Shown: positions 1 through 8,987 of the stretch, piece by piece
Numbering within the stretch: the stretch's first letter is position 1
Layout of the letters: each line of letters opens with the position of its first letter
Assembly: GCA_050951805.1 (NCBI GenBank)
Contig: JBMNJT010000002.1
Coordinates: forward strand, 1,152,001-1,216,000
DNA from: Bacillota bacterium
GTDB taxonomy: Bacteria > Bacillota > DTU025
Direction of reading: 5' to 3'
Length of the DNA stretch: 64,000 nt
Made by a program: the position numbers and the translations under genes
The notes under the pieces: generated by a model
Told to the model about the DNA's origin: nothing
Databases searched by the model: none
Seen by the model: only the letters and a program-made list of their open reading frames with translations

Positions 1-51
1 AGGGATTCGGCATGGCTTGGCGCGGTCGTGGCGCCGACCGGAGGGAGGGGC

Positions 52-1935
52 TTAATCCTCATTCCCGGGACAAGTGTCCCCGTTGAAACCGAGGGCGTTG
101 GAGAGTTCCTCCCTTGATGGTGTCACCCATATGGTCTTGTGGGCCTCGTAGATTACCATCCCCGGCCGTGCGCCCCGCGGCTTGCGAACATTTCTAGCCT
201 CTGTATAGTCGACTGCAACGTTCGACGACATCCGGGCCTGGCTGTAGTAGGCCGCCAGCAACGCGGCGGCGCGCAGCGTCTCATCTGGCACTTCTTGGTT
301 CGGCCTTCGCCTGACTACTACGTGGGCACCATGTATGTCTTTTGCATGGAACCACAGGTCATGTGGGCGGGCGAGCTTTGTTGTGAGATGATCGTTCTCG
401 AGGTTGTTCTTCCCCACGTATATTTCATCGCCTGATGCGGCTCTGAAGCTGGTGGGCATCGGCATCCGCTCTTTGTGTTTCTTTTTCGCTCTCCGCGCGC
501 TCCCGCGTTCCTGTCGGGGCTGTATGAAACCGAGGGCGGCGAGTTCCTCAGTGATACCGTTCAATGTCTCTTCTGTTTCGGCTATTGTCGCCATGGCCAG
601 CATCGATTCGAGATAAGCCACCTCTTCTTCGGTGGCGGCAATGTTGGCAGTCACTGCTTTTCGGGCCCTCTCTGCTTTGGAGTAGCGTGCAAAGAATGAC
701 TGTGCGTTCTCGGACGCTGACAGGCTCGGGTCGACTTCGATCTCGACGGTAGGCGCTGCGGGGTCATAGTAATCCACGACGCGCACGCGATCTTCTCTCA
801 ATGGGCCGCGCCCTAACGAGTGGATGTTGGCTGTTAGGAGTTCGCCTTTTCTGCGGAAGGCCGATGAATCTTCAGCCTCCGCCAGATCTCGCCGTTGGGC
901 CTCGAGTTTTCGCACCGACCGTGCTAGCCTGGCCTCTACCTTGTGCGTGATGTTGCTTCTGGTTAATTCCAGCCTTTCGCGTTCTTCGGCGCGATTGTAG
1001 CATCTGTCGATCATCTCGGAGGCGGATGCGAATCTCTCTACGCGATACTCCCCAGAAAGCCCTGAAAGTCCCCAAACACAGCAGGCTGTAGGCTTGCCGG
1101 AGTGACGGTCGAAGGATGCCTCGAAAAGGAAGTCGCCCACCTTGACTGCTCGCCGAAAATCTTCAAACTGCGCCCACAGTAGGCTGATGTCATCCGCATG
1201 GAGCTCGAGGGCTGAACGGTCCGGGTCGATGCCTGCCCGCCAAGCGATCTCTCTGCTGTGATTCGGCCCAATGCCTGCAAAGCCAGATGAGATGAGATTG
1301 GCAACGCTATCCTTGCGCCTGCTTGGGCGACGCTTGGACGCGGCGTCAGCCTCGGCTCGCGCGCGGATCTGCGCGGACTGCCTTTGAATGATGGCGCGGA
1401 ACTCTTCGGCTGTCACCCGGAAGGGATCAGCTTTTTCGATGGGCGGAGGCGGAACGTATGATGCTCCCGGCGTGATTTCCCTGTATCTGTTGCGTGATGT
1501 GTCCACTCGGTGTGCTGCATCGAGAATACGCCCGTCCATACGGACGAGGATGATGTTGGACAAGCGACCTGTAAGCTCGGCTATGAGGAGCTTGTTGTCG
1601 GAAGGATCGGTGTCTGCCCACCCTTCAATCTGCATAATTATGATTCGGTCGAGCCCATCCTGGCGGACAGATACGACTCTGCCGCCGACTAAGTGCTTTC
1701 GCAGAAGCATGCAGAAGGCGGTGGGGGTCGGCAGGGAAGGGGGGACCGAATCTGTCAGGCATATCCTGCTAGATGTGGGCGAGGCGGATATCAGGAGCGA
1801 CGGTGCGCGTCCACGCCCAAGATCAAGCGTGATGCAGTCGTGCGAAGGCGACTGGATCTTATCGATTCTGGTGCCGGTCAACTCTCTTTCGATCTCCCGA
1901 GTAACGGCATAGAGTGTCATTCCATCTATCTGCAT
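52..1935 (-). CDS. rqcH: Ribosome quality control protein RqcH / Rqc2 (FbpA, NFACT family)
   Basis: N-terminus MQIDGMTLYAV..., TAFCMLLRKHL, LIAELTGRLSNIIL, and C-terminal NFACT-R YVGKNNLENDHLT...DLWFHAKDIHGAHVV...VDYT...KPRGARPGMVIY. Lies divergent from a yloB-like ATPase, as yloA does in Bacillus. Start placed at the ATG at 1935, which follows an AAAGGGG RBS. Confidence 0.93.
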   Translation of the reverse strand: MQIDGMTLYAVTREIERELTGTRIDKIQSPSHDCITLDLGRGRAPSLLISASPTSSRICLTDSVPPSLPTPTAFCMLLRKHLVGGRVVSVRQDGLDRIIIMQIEGWADTDPSDNKLLIAELTGRLSNIILVRMDGRILDAAHRVDTSRNRYREITPGASYVPPPPIEKADPFRVTAEEFRAIIQRQSAQIRARAEADAASKRRPSRRKDSVANLISSGFAGIGPNHSREIAWRAGIDPDRSALELHADDISLLWAQFEDFRRAVKVGDFLFEASFDRHSGKPTACCVWGLSGLSGEYRVERFASASEMIDRCYNRAEERERLELTRSNITHKVEARLARSVRKLEAQRRDLAEAEDSSAFRRKGELLTANIHSLGRGPLREDRVRVVDYYDPAAPTVEIEVDPSLSASENAQSFFARYSKAERARKAVTANIAATEEEVAYLESMLAMATIAETEETLNGITEELAALGFIQPRQERGSARRAKKKHKERMPMPTSFRAASGDEIYVGKNNLENDHLTTKLARPHDLWFHAKDIHGAHVVVRRRPNQEVPDETLRAAALLAAYYSQARMSSNVAVDYTEARNVRKPRGARPGMVIYEAHKTIWVTPSREELSNALGFNGDTCPGNED

Positions 1936-2061
1936 GATCTGCGCCCCTTTCAATGCAGTTTTCAGTATAGCACCCGTGTATGAACCCGGTCAAAGGACAA
2001 TAGGAATAAAGGACGAGACTGCTCGTGCGGAAGATGGCACGGTGTGGAGGTGGTGTTGGCA

Positions 2062-4884
2062 ATGTCCGAGTTGCGCGCTTGGCACTCCGTCAGCGCTGGG
2101 GTGGTTGAGAGGGAGCTCGAGACTTCGGCCTCGTCCGGCCTCACGTCTAAGGAGGCGCGGGCGAGGCGGGGGGCGTACGGACCAAATCAGATAAGGGCGG
2201 GAAGGCGTCAGTCGCCGCTGGTGATTCTTTTAAACCAGTTTCAGGACTTCATGGTTCTAGTGCTTCTCGGTGCCACGGCTGTATCAGCCTTTCTGGGCGA
2301 GTACAGAGACGTCGTGGCCATTCTCGCAATAGTCGTCCTCAACGCGGTTCTCGGCTTTGTCCAGGAATTCAGGGCAGAAAAAGCTCTTGAAGCTCTGCGC
2401 AAGCTTTCGGCGCCCAAGGCGACGGTGCTCAGAGACGGACGCGCCACGCAGATCGATGCGGTGGATGTGGTTCCCGGAGATGTGATCATCTTAAACCCGG
2501 GCGACAGAATTCCGGCAGATGCGAGGCTCGCAGAGAGCTACGGGGTAGAGGTGGACGAGTCTGTCCTGACTGGCGAATCAAGGCCGGTCAAGAAGGATGC
2601 TTCCTGCATTGTGCGGCAATCGGCGCCCGTTGTGGAGCACAGGAACATGCTGCACGCAGGGACTGTGGTGACGCGGGGGCGGGCGATAGGCTTAGTTGTC
2701 GCCACGGGGATGGAGACTGAGATGGGGAGGATAGCCGGGATGATAGAGGATGTATCTGACGGCGATACTCCTCTCCAACGTAGGCTCTCGCATCTCGGCA
2801 GGTGGTTGGTGGCGGGATGTCTCTTTCTATGCGCTCTCGTTGCCGGGCTCGGGGTTGCTAGAGGGGAACCTATTGAGCTCATGTTTCTTGCCGGGGTGAG
2901 CTTGGCTGTGGCGGCGATCCCCGAAGGGCTGCCTGCAATAGTCACCGTCAGCCTCGCTCTGGGGGTGCAGAGGATGAGCGCGAGGAAGGCTATTGTCAGG
3001 AAACTTTCGGCGGTGGAGACTTTAGGTTGTGCTACCGTGATCTGCGCCGACAAGACTGGCACTTTGACTCAGAACCAGATGACTGTGGTGGAGATCGATT
3101 TGATAGGACGGAATATTCAGGTGACAGGGTCGGGGTACTCCCCTGAGGGCGAATTCTTGGAAGGCGGCGAAACAATCGACCCTTTAAATGATGGGATTTT
3201 TGAGGACTTGCTTCTTTGTGCTGCTCTGTGCAACGATGCAAGCCTCGTGCGGCAGAGTGCTGAGGAGAGGACGACCGGCTCCATGGGGCGCGGACGGGGA
3301 CGGGGTTATGGCTATGGGCCTGGACGGAGCTGGGATGTTGTCGGAGATCCCACTGAAGGCGCTCTGCTTGCCATGGCATACAAGGGTGGCCGGGAGATTA
3401 TGCAAAAGGTGCGCAGCTTTACACGGGTTGCAGAGATCCCGTTCGAGCCCGAGCGGCGGATGATGGCAGTGGCTTGCAGTGGGCCTTCCGGGGTATTTAC
3501 TTTCGTGAAGGGAGCGCCCCAGGTAGTCCTCGAACTGTGCGAAGGCCGTTATGTGGGGGGACATGTGGAAGGCGGCATCGTGTTGCGTGACCGCCGGTTT
3601 GACGGTGCCGTGCTGGCACGCAATTCCTCCATGGCATCGAAGTCGATGAGGGTGCTCGCCATGGCCTCGGCGCCGGGGAACCTCATCGAGCAGATCCGGG
3701 TGGGGCAGTCTCATGCTCTTTCGGGCCTCACATTCCTGGGGATGGTCGGCATGGTCGATCCACCGCGTCCGGAGGCGGCGCGCTCAGTTGCTCTGGCTAA
3801 GAAAGCGGGGATCGCGACGTTGATGATCACCGGGGACCATGCTGCGACTGCAGAGGCAATAGCGAAGCAGGTGGGAATCATGGAGAGCGGGCGCCGGATT
3901 CTCACAGGCGAGGAACTGGACGCCATGAGCGATCGGCAACTTGAAGAGGTGATTTCCGAGGTAGCTGTCTTTGCCAGGGTGGCGCCTGCACACAAACTCC
4001 GGGTAGTTCGGGCTCTCAGAGCGCAAGGTCACGTGGTGGCTGTGACAGGGGATGGGGTTAACGATGCTCCGGCCATACGCGAGGCCGATATAGGGATCGC
4101 AATGGGGAAAAACGGGACTGACGTGGCCAGAGAGGCGTCGAGCATGGTGCTGTCAGACGACAACTACGCCACGATAATCGCGGCGATCGAGGAGGGCAGG
4201 TCGATCTATGATAATATCCGCAAGTTCATCAGATACCTCTTGGCGTGCAATGTGGGCGAGGTGCTAACCATGCTTCTGGCTGTAGCGGGCGGGCTTCCGT
4301 TGCCGCTGACGCCCATACAGATCCTGTGGATGAACTTGATGACCGACGGGCTGCCTGCTATGGCCCTGGCTGCCGACCCCACGGACCCAAATACGATGCA
4401 ACGAGCCCCTAGATGTCCCAGTGAGAGCCTGTTCGCCCACGGTTTGGGGCTGAAAGTGCTCGCGGACGGAGTCTTCATCAGCATTTGCACCATTGCCTGC
4501 TACATATCGGCCGGCGCTTTTCTCGGACACGATCTTGATACGGCACGGACAATGGCTTTTTCCACTTTGGTCATGTCGCAGCTGGTCTATGTCTTTCGAT
4601 GTCGAGTGGAGGAGAGGTCGGCTCTTGAATCGGGCAGGCGGCCTTCAAACAGATTTCTGCTTGGTGCGGTCGGGATCTCAGTCGTTCTTCAAGTGTTAGG
4701 CGTCCATCACCACGTGGGCCGTGCATTCTTGGGGACCTGCGAGTTGTCGGTGGTGGATTGGGTGTTGGTCCTTTTCCTCTCCGGCTGGTCTACTTTCCTG
4801 GCTTCTGCGGTCAGGGCGGTACAAAGGGCCATCAGACGGCGATGTACTGTTTTCAGGGTGAATAAAGCGGGCCAAGGCACATGA
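2062..4884 (+). CDS. yloB: Cation (Ca2+-type, P2A) transporting P-type ATPase
   Basis: LTGES, IPEGL, DKTGTLT, KGAP, MITGDH, TGDGVNDAPA and QILWMNL motifs. GGAGG RBS upstream of the ATG at 2062. Confidence 0.93.
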   Translation: MSELRAWHSVSAGVVERELETSASSGLTSKEARARRGAYGPNQIRAGRRQSPLVILLNQFQDFMVLVLLGATAVSAFLGEYRDVVAILAIVVLNAVLGFVQEFRAEKALEALRKLSAPKATVLRDGRATQIDAVDVVPGDVIILNPGDRIPADARLAESYGVEVDESVLTGESRPVKKDASCIVRQSAPVVEHRNMLHAGTVVTRGRAIGLVVATGMETEMGRIAGMIEDVSDGDTPLQRRLSHLGRWLVAGCLFLCALVAGLGVARGEPIELMFLAGVSLAVAAIPEGLPAIVTVSLALGVQRMSARKAIVRKLSAVETLGCATVICADKTGTLTQNQMTVVEIDLIGRNIQVTGSGYSPEGEFLEGGETIDPLNDGIFEDLLLCAALCNDASLVRQSAEERTTGSMGRGRGRGYGYGPGRSWDVVGDPTEGALLAMAYKGGREIMQKVRSFTRVAEIPFEPERRMMAVACSGPSGVFTFVKGAPQVVLELCEGRYVGGHVEGGIVLRDRRFDGAVLARNSSMASKSMRVLAMASAPGNLIEQIRVGQSHALSGLTFLGMVGMVDPPRPEAARSVALAKKAGIATLMITGDHAATAEAIAKQVGIMESGRRILTGEELDAMSDRQLEEVISEVAVFARVAPAHKLRVVRALRAQGHVVAVTGDGVNDAPAIREADIGIAMGKNGTDVAREASSMVLSDDNYATIIAAIEEGRSIYDNIRKFIRYLLACNVGEVLTMLLAVAGGLPLPLTPIQILWMNLMTDGLPAMALAADPTDPNTMQRAPRCPSESLFAHGLGLKVLADGVFISICTIACYISAGAFLGHDLDTARTMAFSTLVMSQLVYVFRCRVEERSALESGRRPSNRFLLGAVGISVVLQVLGVHHHVGRAFLGTCELSVVDWVLVLFLSGWSTFLASAVRAVQRAIRRRCTVFRVNKAGQGT

Positions 4885-4911
4885 AACCGCAGGGATATTG
4901 CATATCCTAGC

Positions 4912-4936
4912 AGGATTTTCGGTGTCTGAGTGGAAT
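4912..4936 (+). promoter_or_regulatory. Putative sigma-H promoter upstream of yloC
   Basis: AGGAT-N13-GTGGAAT matches the sigma-H consensus AGGA...GAAT. Confidence 0.55.
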
Positions 4937-5055
4937 ACTAGGTTCCTAAAAGCATCCCGTTTGGGCTGGCATTTTGCAGTGAATACTTGATGCAGCTGGT
5001 GTTTGTGTAGTACAATGAGCTGCACGCTAGACGGAAAAGGATGGAACTTTGATAT

Positions 5056-5934
5056 ATGCTGATGAGTATGACCGGGTATGGGCGGGCTGCAAACAGCGGT
5101 CCCGAAGGCGATGTCACGGTTGAGATCAGATCTTTAAACCACAGATACTTCGATGTCTCGCTCCGGATGCCGAGGGAGTTCTCTCCGGTTGAGGAGAGGG
5201 TAAGATCCCTTGTTGCGGAGAGAATTGCGCGCGGCAGGATCGAAGTCTCGGTGTCGGTAGATTGGCACGACGGCAGTCGGCGAACTGTCGCTTTAGATAC
5301 GTGCCTTGCGCGCGCCTACGCAGAGGGTCTGGCCAGGCTCGCCCATGAGCTTGCTCTTGCCCCGATATCATCAGTGGACGTCCTCTCAGGGCTGCCCGAT
5401 GTGATAACCCTTTCTGAGGCGAAGATTGATGTAGATATCCTTTGGAATATGGTTCAGCCGGCGCTTTCCGATGCCATCGACCAGGTTGTGCAGATGAGGA
5501 AGGAAGAAGGGGCAAGGCTGGAAAGGGATATCGCAGGCAGAATAGAAATGATTGAGATGAGGGTGGACGAGGTTGGGCGTCGCGCGCCTGAGGTGGTCGA
5601 TTCTTACAGGGCGAAGCTTGCTCGAAGGGTGAGCGAGATGATAGGGGACGTCCGTGTTGACGAGGCCAGGCTTGCGACTGAGGTAGCACTGTTCGCTGAT
5701 AGGTGCGATATTACTGAGGAGACGGTTCGCTTCAAGAGCCACATAGGGCAGTTCCGTGATACAATTTCGGAGTCAGGGGACTGCGGCAAGAAGCTGGATT
5801 TTATAATACAGGAGATGAACCGCGAGGCTAATACTATCGCAGCGAAATCTCAGGATTCATTCATTTCGGCTTTGGCAGTGGAGATCAAGGCCGAACTGGA
5901 GAAAGTACGCGAACAAGTGCAGAATGTCGAGTAA
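5056..5934 (+). CDS. yloC: YicC/YloC family endoribonuclease
   Basis: SMTGYG, EIRSLNHRYFD, DITEETVRF, GKKLDFIIQEMNREANTIAAK, EKVREQVQNVE. Confidence 0.95.
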   Translation: MLMSMTGYGRAANSGPEGDVTVEIRSLNHRYFDVSLRMPREFSPVEERVRSLVAERIARGRIEVSVSVDWHDGSRRTVALDTCLARAYAEGLARLAHELALAPISSVDVLSGLPDVITLSEAKIDVDILWNMVQPALSDAIDQVVQMRKEEGARLERDIAGRIEMIEMRVDEVGRRAPEVVDSYRAKLARRVSEMIGDVRVDEARLATEVALFADRCDITEETVRFKSHIGQFRDTISESGDCGKKLDFIIQEMNREANTIAAKSQDSFISALAVEIKAELEKVREQVQNVE

Positions 5935-5982
5935 GGCTCTTGACGCTGCCGTAAGCCAACAATTAATGGGAGGTGCGCGTAA

Positions 5983-6294
5983 ATGGCACTGCCGGAACTG
6001 ACAGATGAACAGAAACGTGAGGCGCTCAAGAAAGCTCAGGAGGTAAGGAGCAAGAGGGCTCAGATCAGGGCGGAACTGAAAAAAGGCAACATGTCCTTGG
6101 AGGAGGTTCTCGCAAACGCTGAGGACGAGGTCATTGGCAAGATGCGCGTTGCATACTTGCTGGAGTCGCTGCCTAGGATAGGCAAGGTTAGGGCCCGTCA
6201 GATCATGGAGGAAATCGGCATAGATGAGAACCGAAGGGTCCAGGGCCTTGGCGTCCGTCAGAAGGAGGCCCTCCTGAACAAGCTGGCGAAGTAG
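5983..6294 (+). CDS. mihF: Actinobacterial-type integration host factor (mIHF/sIHF, H2TH nucleoid protein)
   Basis: [26 protein letters not shown]...[39 protein letters not shown] closely resembles mIHF. GGGAGG RBS. Confidence 0.88.
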   Translation: MALPELTDEQKREALKKAQEVRSKRAQIRAELKKGNMSLEEVLANAEDEVIGKMRVAYLLESLPRIGKVRARQIMEEIGIDENRRVQGLGVRQKEALLNKLAK

Positions 6295-6304
6295 GTGGGG
6301 AACC

Positions 6305-6571
6305 GTGGATATTAAGCTTGTCAACATAGGCTTCGGAAACATGGTGGCCGCAAACAGGCTGGTGGCGATCGTGAGTCCTGAGTCTGCGCCTATCAAAAGG
6401 ATTATCCAGGAAGGGCGCAAACGCGGCATGTTGATCGATGCTACCTACGGGCGCAGGACGAGGGCGGTAATCATCACAGATAGCGGCCATGTAGTATTGT
6501 CCGCTGTCCAGCCTGAAACTGTGGCTCATCGAGTGGAGATGAAGGAAGCAGATGTCGACGGGCGTGATTAG
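6305..6571 (+). CDS. remA: RemA (YlzA, DUF370) regulator
   Basis: [28 protein letters not shown]...[30 protein letters not shown]. Confidence 0.95.
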   Translation: MDIKLVNIGFGNMVAANRLVAIVSPESAPIKRIIQEGRKRGMLIDATYGRRTRAVIITDSGHVVLSAVQPETVAHRVEMKEADVDGRD

Positions 6572-6581
6572 GGGTACGGAT

Positions 6582-7232
6582 ATGCTCAAGCGGCTTACAG
6601 AGGTTCCGAGAATTCGTGGCAACCTCATTGTGATCTCCGGGCCTTCGGGCTCGGGCAAAAACTCAGCGCTTGCCGCCGTAAGGAGTAAGGTTCCTGATCT
6701 GGTCTACTCTATTTCGGCGACTACACGTCGCCCAAGGGAGGACGAGATAGACGGCGTTCACTACTTCTTCCTGACCCGCGAGGAGTTCCTTGCCATGAAA
6801 GATGCAGGGGCCTTTTTGGAGACTGCTGAGTTCTGTGGAAACCTTTACGGTACTCCGCGAAGCTTTGTTGAGGGAAAGCTTGATGCAGGGGAAGATGTGA
6901 TTATGGACATTGAGATACGCGGGGCTGACCAAGTGAGGGCCAAGATGCCTGATGCGGTTACCATCTTTCTGATGCCGCCGTCCCTTGCAGAACTAGAGGC
7001 AAGGCTGGCAAAGCGGGGCGCTGATTCGCCTGAGGCGACAAGAAGACGCCTTAGGAAGGCTATAGAGGAGATACCTGCCGTGCTGAAATATGATTATGTG
7101 GTTCTCAACTATGATTTGGAGCAGGCCGCAGAGCAGATCCGGTCTATTATAGTCGCGGAGCGGGCCCGGGTGGGCAGATGCGACTGTGAGCATTTTATCC
7201 GCGGTTTTGAGATGGAATCGCAGATATTCTGA
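6582..7232 (+). CDS. gmk: Guanylate kinase
   Basis: ISGPSGSGK P-loop, SATTRRPREDEIDGVHYFF, YGTP. An alternative start exists at 6552. Confidence 0.95.
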   Translation: MLKRLTEVPRIRGNLIVISGPSGSGKNSALAAVRSKVPDLVYSISATTRRPREDEIDGVHYFFLTREEFLAMKDAGAFLETAEFCGNLYGTPRSFVEGKLDAGEDVIMDIEIRGADQVRAKMPDAVTIFLMPPSLAELEARLAKRGADSPEATRRRLRKAIEEIPAVLKYDYVVLNYDLEQAAEQIRSIIVAERARVGRCDCEHFIRGFEMESQIF

Positions 7233-7345
7233 GGGAATATGGTGTTGAGCCTCCCTGACGCCACAGACCCGGATGGCGGATGAAGGGGGCTTTTACAAGG
7301 TACGTGCGGCGGCGCCGCCGCCGCATGCATAAGGAGGCTACTCGA

Positions 7346-7648
7346 GTGATTCGACCCTCATTGGAAGAACTGATGGATCATAGCGACAGCAGGTATACGC
7401 TGGTGGTAATGGCGGCCAGACGGGCAAGGAAGATAATGTCGGCGCAGAAGGACGTAATAGAGTATGGTCCTGAAAAGCCTGTAACCCGCGCGCTGCGGGA
7501 GATAGCCGAGGGAAAGGTGACGTATTATAGGCCTAGCCCTGGCGAAACCGGCATACCCAAGAAATATGACGGCTGGGTGGAACAGCCCAGCGGCAGGGAG
7601 CAGCTGAAGCCTACCGATGACTATTTGGAGCGTGCCCCGCTTTTTTAG
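7346..7648 (+). CDS. rpoZ: RNA polymerase omega subunit
   Basis: RPSLEELM..SDSRYTLVVMAARRAR...KPVTRALREI. GTG start after an AAGGAGG RBS. gmk-rpoZ-coaBC synteny. Confidence 0.92.
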   Translation: MIRPSLEELMDHSDSRYTLVVMAARRARKIMSAQKDVIEYGPEKPVTRALREIAEGKVTYYRPSPGETGIPKKYDGWVEQPSGREQLKPTDDYLERAPLF

Positions 7649-7662
7649 GAGTGTGATCGCCC

Positions 7663-8859
7663 GTGACTGGCACGTGTGTGTTGGGGGTGACCGGAGGGAT
7701 AGCGGCGGCCAAAGCTTCGCTTCTTGCAAGCATGCTGGTCAAGCAAGGGCTTGATGTACATGTGATCATGACGGAGGCAGCGTGCGAGTTTGTTGCGCCT
7801 CTCACCTTCAGGACGCTCACAGCCAATCCTGTAAGCGTAGACATGTTTGCCGAGCCTGGCGAGTGGAACGTGAAGCACGTATCCCTTGCGGAAGCCGCTG
7901 ATGTTTTCGTGGTGGCTCCGGCAACGGCCAACTTCATCGGGAAGGTCGCATCTGGGATAGCTGATGACTTGCTTACTACGACGATCATGGCCACGCGCGC
8001 CCCCCGGGTGATAGCGCCGGCCATGAATTCTGGCATGTACGCAAACCCCATCGTCCAGCGGAATATAGAGACCCTTTCGGCGCTGGGCTATAGATTCATC
8101 GGGCCCGAGTCGGGCAGGCTGGCCTGTGGCGATGTGGGCGCGGGCAGGCTTGCGGAGCCGGAGAGAATTCTCGATTTCGTTCTCCATGTGTGTGCAGGGA
8201 CGGGCCGGCCGTCACTTGCGGGACTGCGGGTGGTTGTGACCGCCGGACCAACTAGGGAGCCCATAGATCCCGTCCGGTTCATTACCAACAGGTCATCTGG
8301 GAAGATGGGGTATGCGATTGCAGGCGCGGCGGCTGTGCGGGGAGCGAAGGTGACTTTGGTTTCGGGTCCTGTATTCCTTCCGGCGCCCGAGGGGTGTGAG
8401 ATGGTCAGAGTCGAAACCGCCTGCCAGATGCGGGATGCGACGATCGATGCTGCGCAAGAGGCGGACGTGGTCGTTGCGGCTGCGGCCGTTGCCGACTACA
8501 TGCCGGCTTCTTTCAGCGAGAGCAAGATTAAAAAGTCATCGGGCTTCGGTTCTTTGGAGCTCTCGCGCACGCCTGATATCCTGGCCGAGCTGGGGAGTGC
8601 AAAGGGAGAGCGCGTACTTGTGGGTTTTGCTGCTGAAACAGATGACTTGCTCTCCAATGCTGAGCGAAAACTTTCCTCCAAGAATCTCGACATGATAGTC
8701 GCCAACATGGTCGGCGGTGAGGACTCTCCTTTCGGGGCCGATCATAACACTGTCACAATCCTCTGCCCGGGCGCACCGCCCGAGACATTTCCTGCAATGT
8801 CCAAGCTCGTGCTGGCGCACGAGATTCTGGATAGGGTTTCTGCCATCTGCCACCACTAA
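7663..8859 (+). CDS. coaBC: Bifunctional phosphopantothenoylcysteine decarboxylase/ligase
   Basis: GVTGGIAA, APATAN, PAMN, LACGDVGAGRL, TAGPTREPIDPVRFITNRSSGKMG, VGFAAET. Confidence 0.96.
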   Translation: MTGTCVLGVTGGIAAAKASLLASMLVKQGLDVHVIMTEAACEFVAPLTFRTLTANPVSVDMFAEPGEWNVKHVSLAEAADVFVVAPATANFIGKVASGIADDLLTTTIMATRAPRVIAPAMNSGMYANPIVQRNIETLSALGYRFIGPESGRLACGDVGAGRLAEPERILDFVLHVCAGTGRPSLAGLRVVVTAGPTREPIDPVRFITNRSSGKMGYAIAGAAAVRGAKVTLVSGPVFLPAPEGCEMVRVETACQMRDATIDAAQEADVVVAAAAVADYMPASFSESKIKKSSGFGSLELSRTPDILAELGSAKGERVLVGFAAETDDLLSNAERKLSSKNLDMIVANMVGGEDSPFGADHNTVTILCPGAPPETFPAMSKLVLAHEILDRVSAICHH

Positions 8860-8924
8860 GAGGCAAATTGAGGATAATTGGTCCTGATATAAGGGAGGCT
8901 TCTGCATTTATGGAGTAATGTAGA

Positions 8925-8949
8925 AGGAATACGAAAATGTACGTAGAAC
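8925..8949 (+). promoter_or_regulatory. Putative sigma-H promoter upstream of pilB
   Basis: AGGAA-N13-GTAGAAC. Confidence 0.45.
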
Positions 8950-8987
8950 GTTACTCGTAGTCAACTGATGGGGAGGCCTGATGCCCT

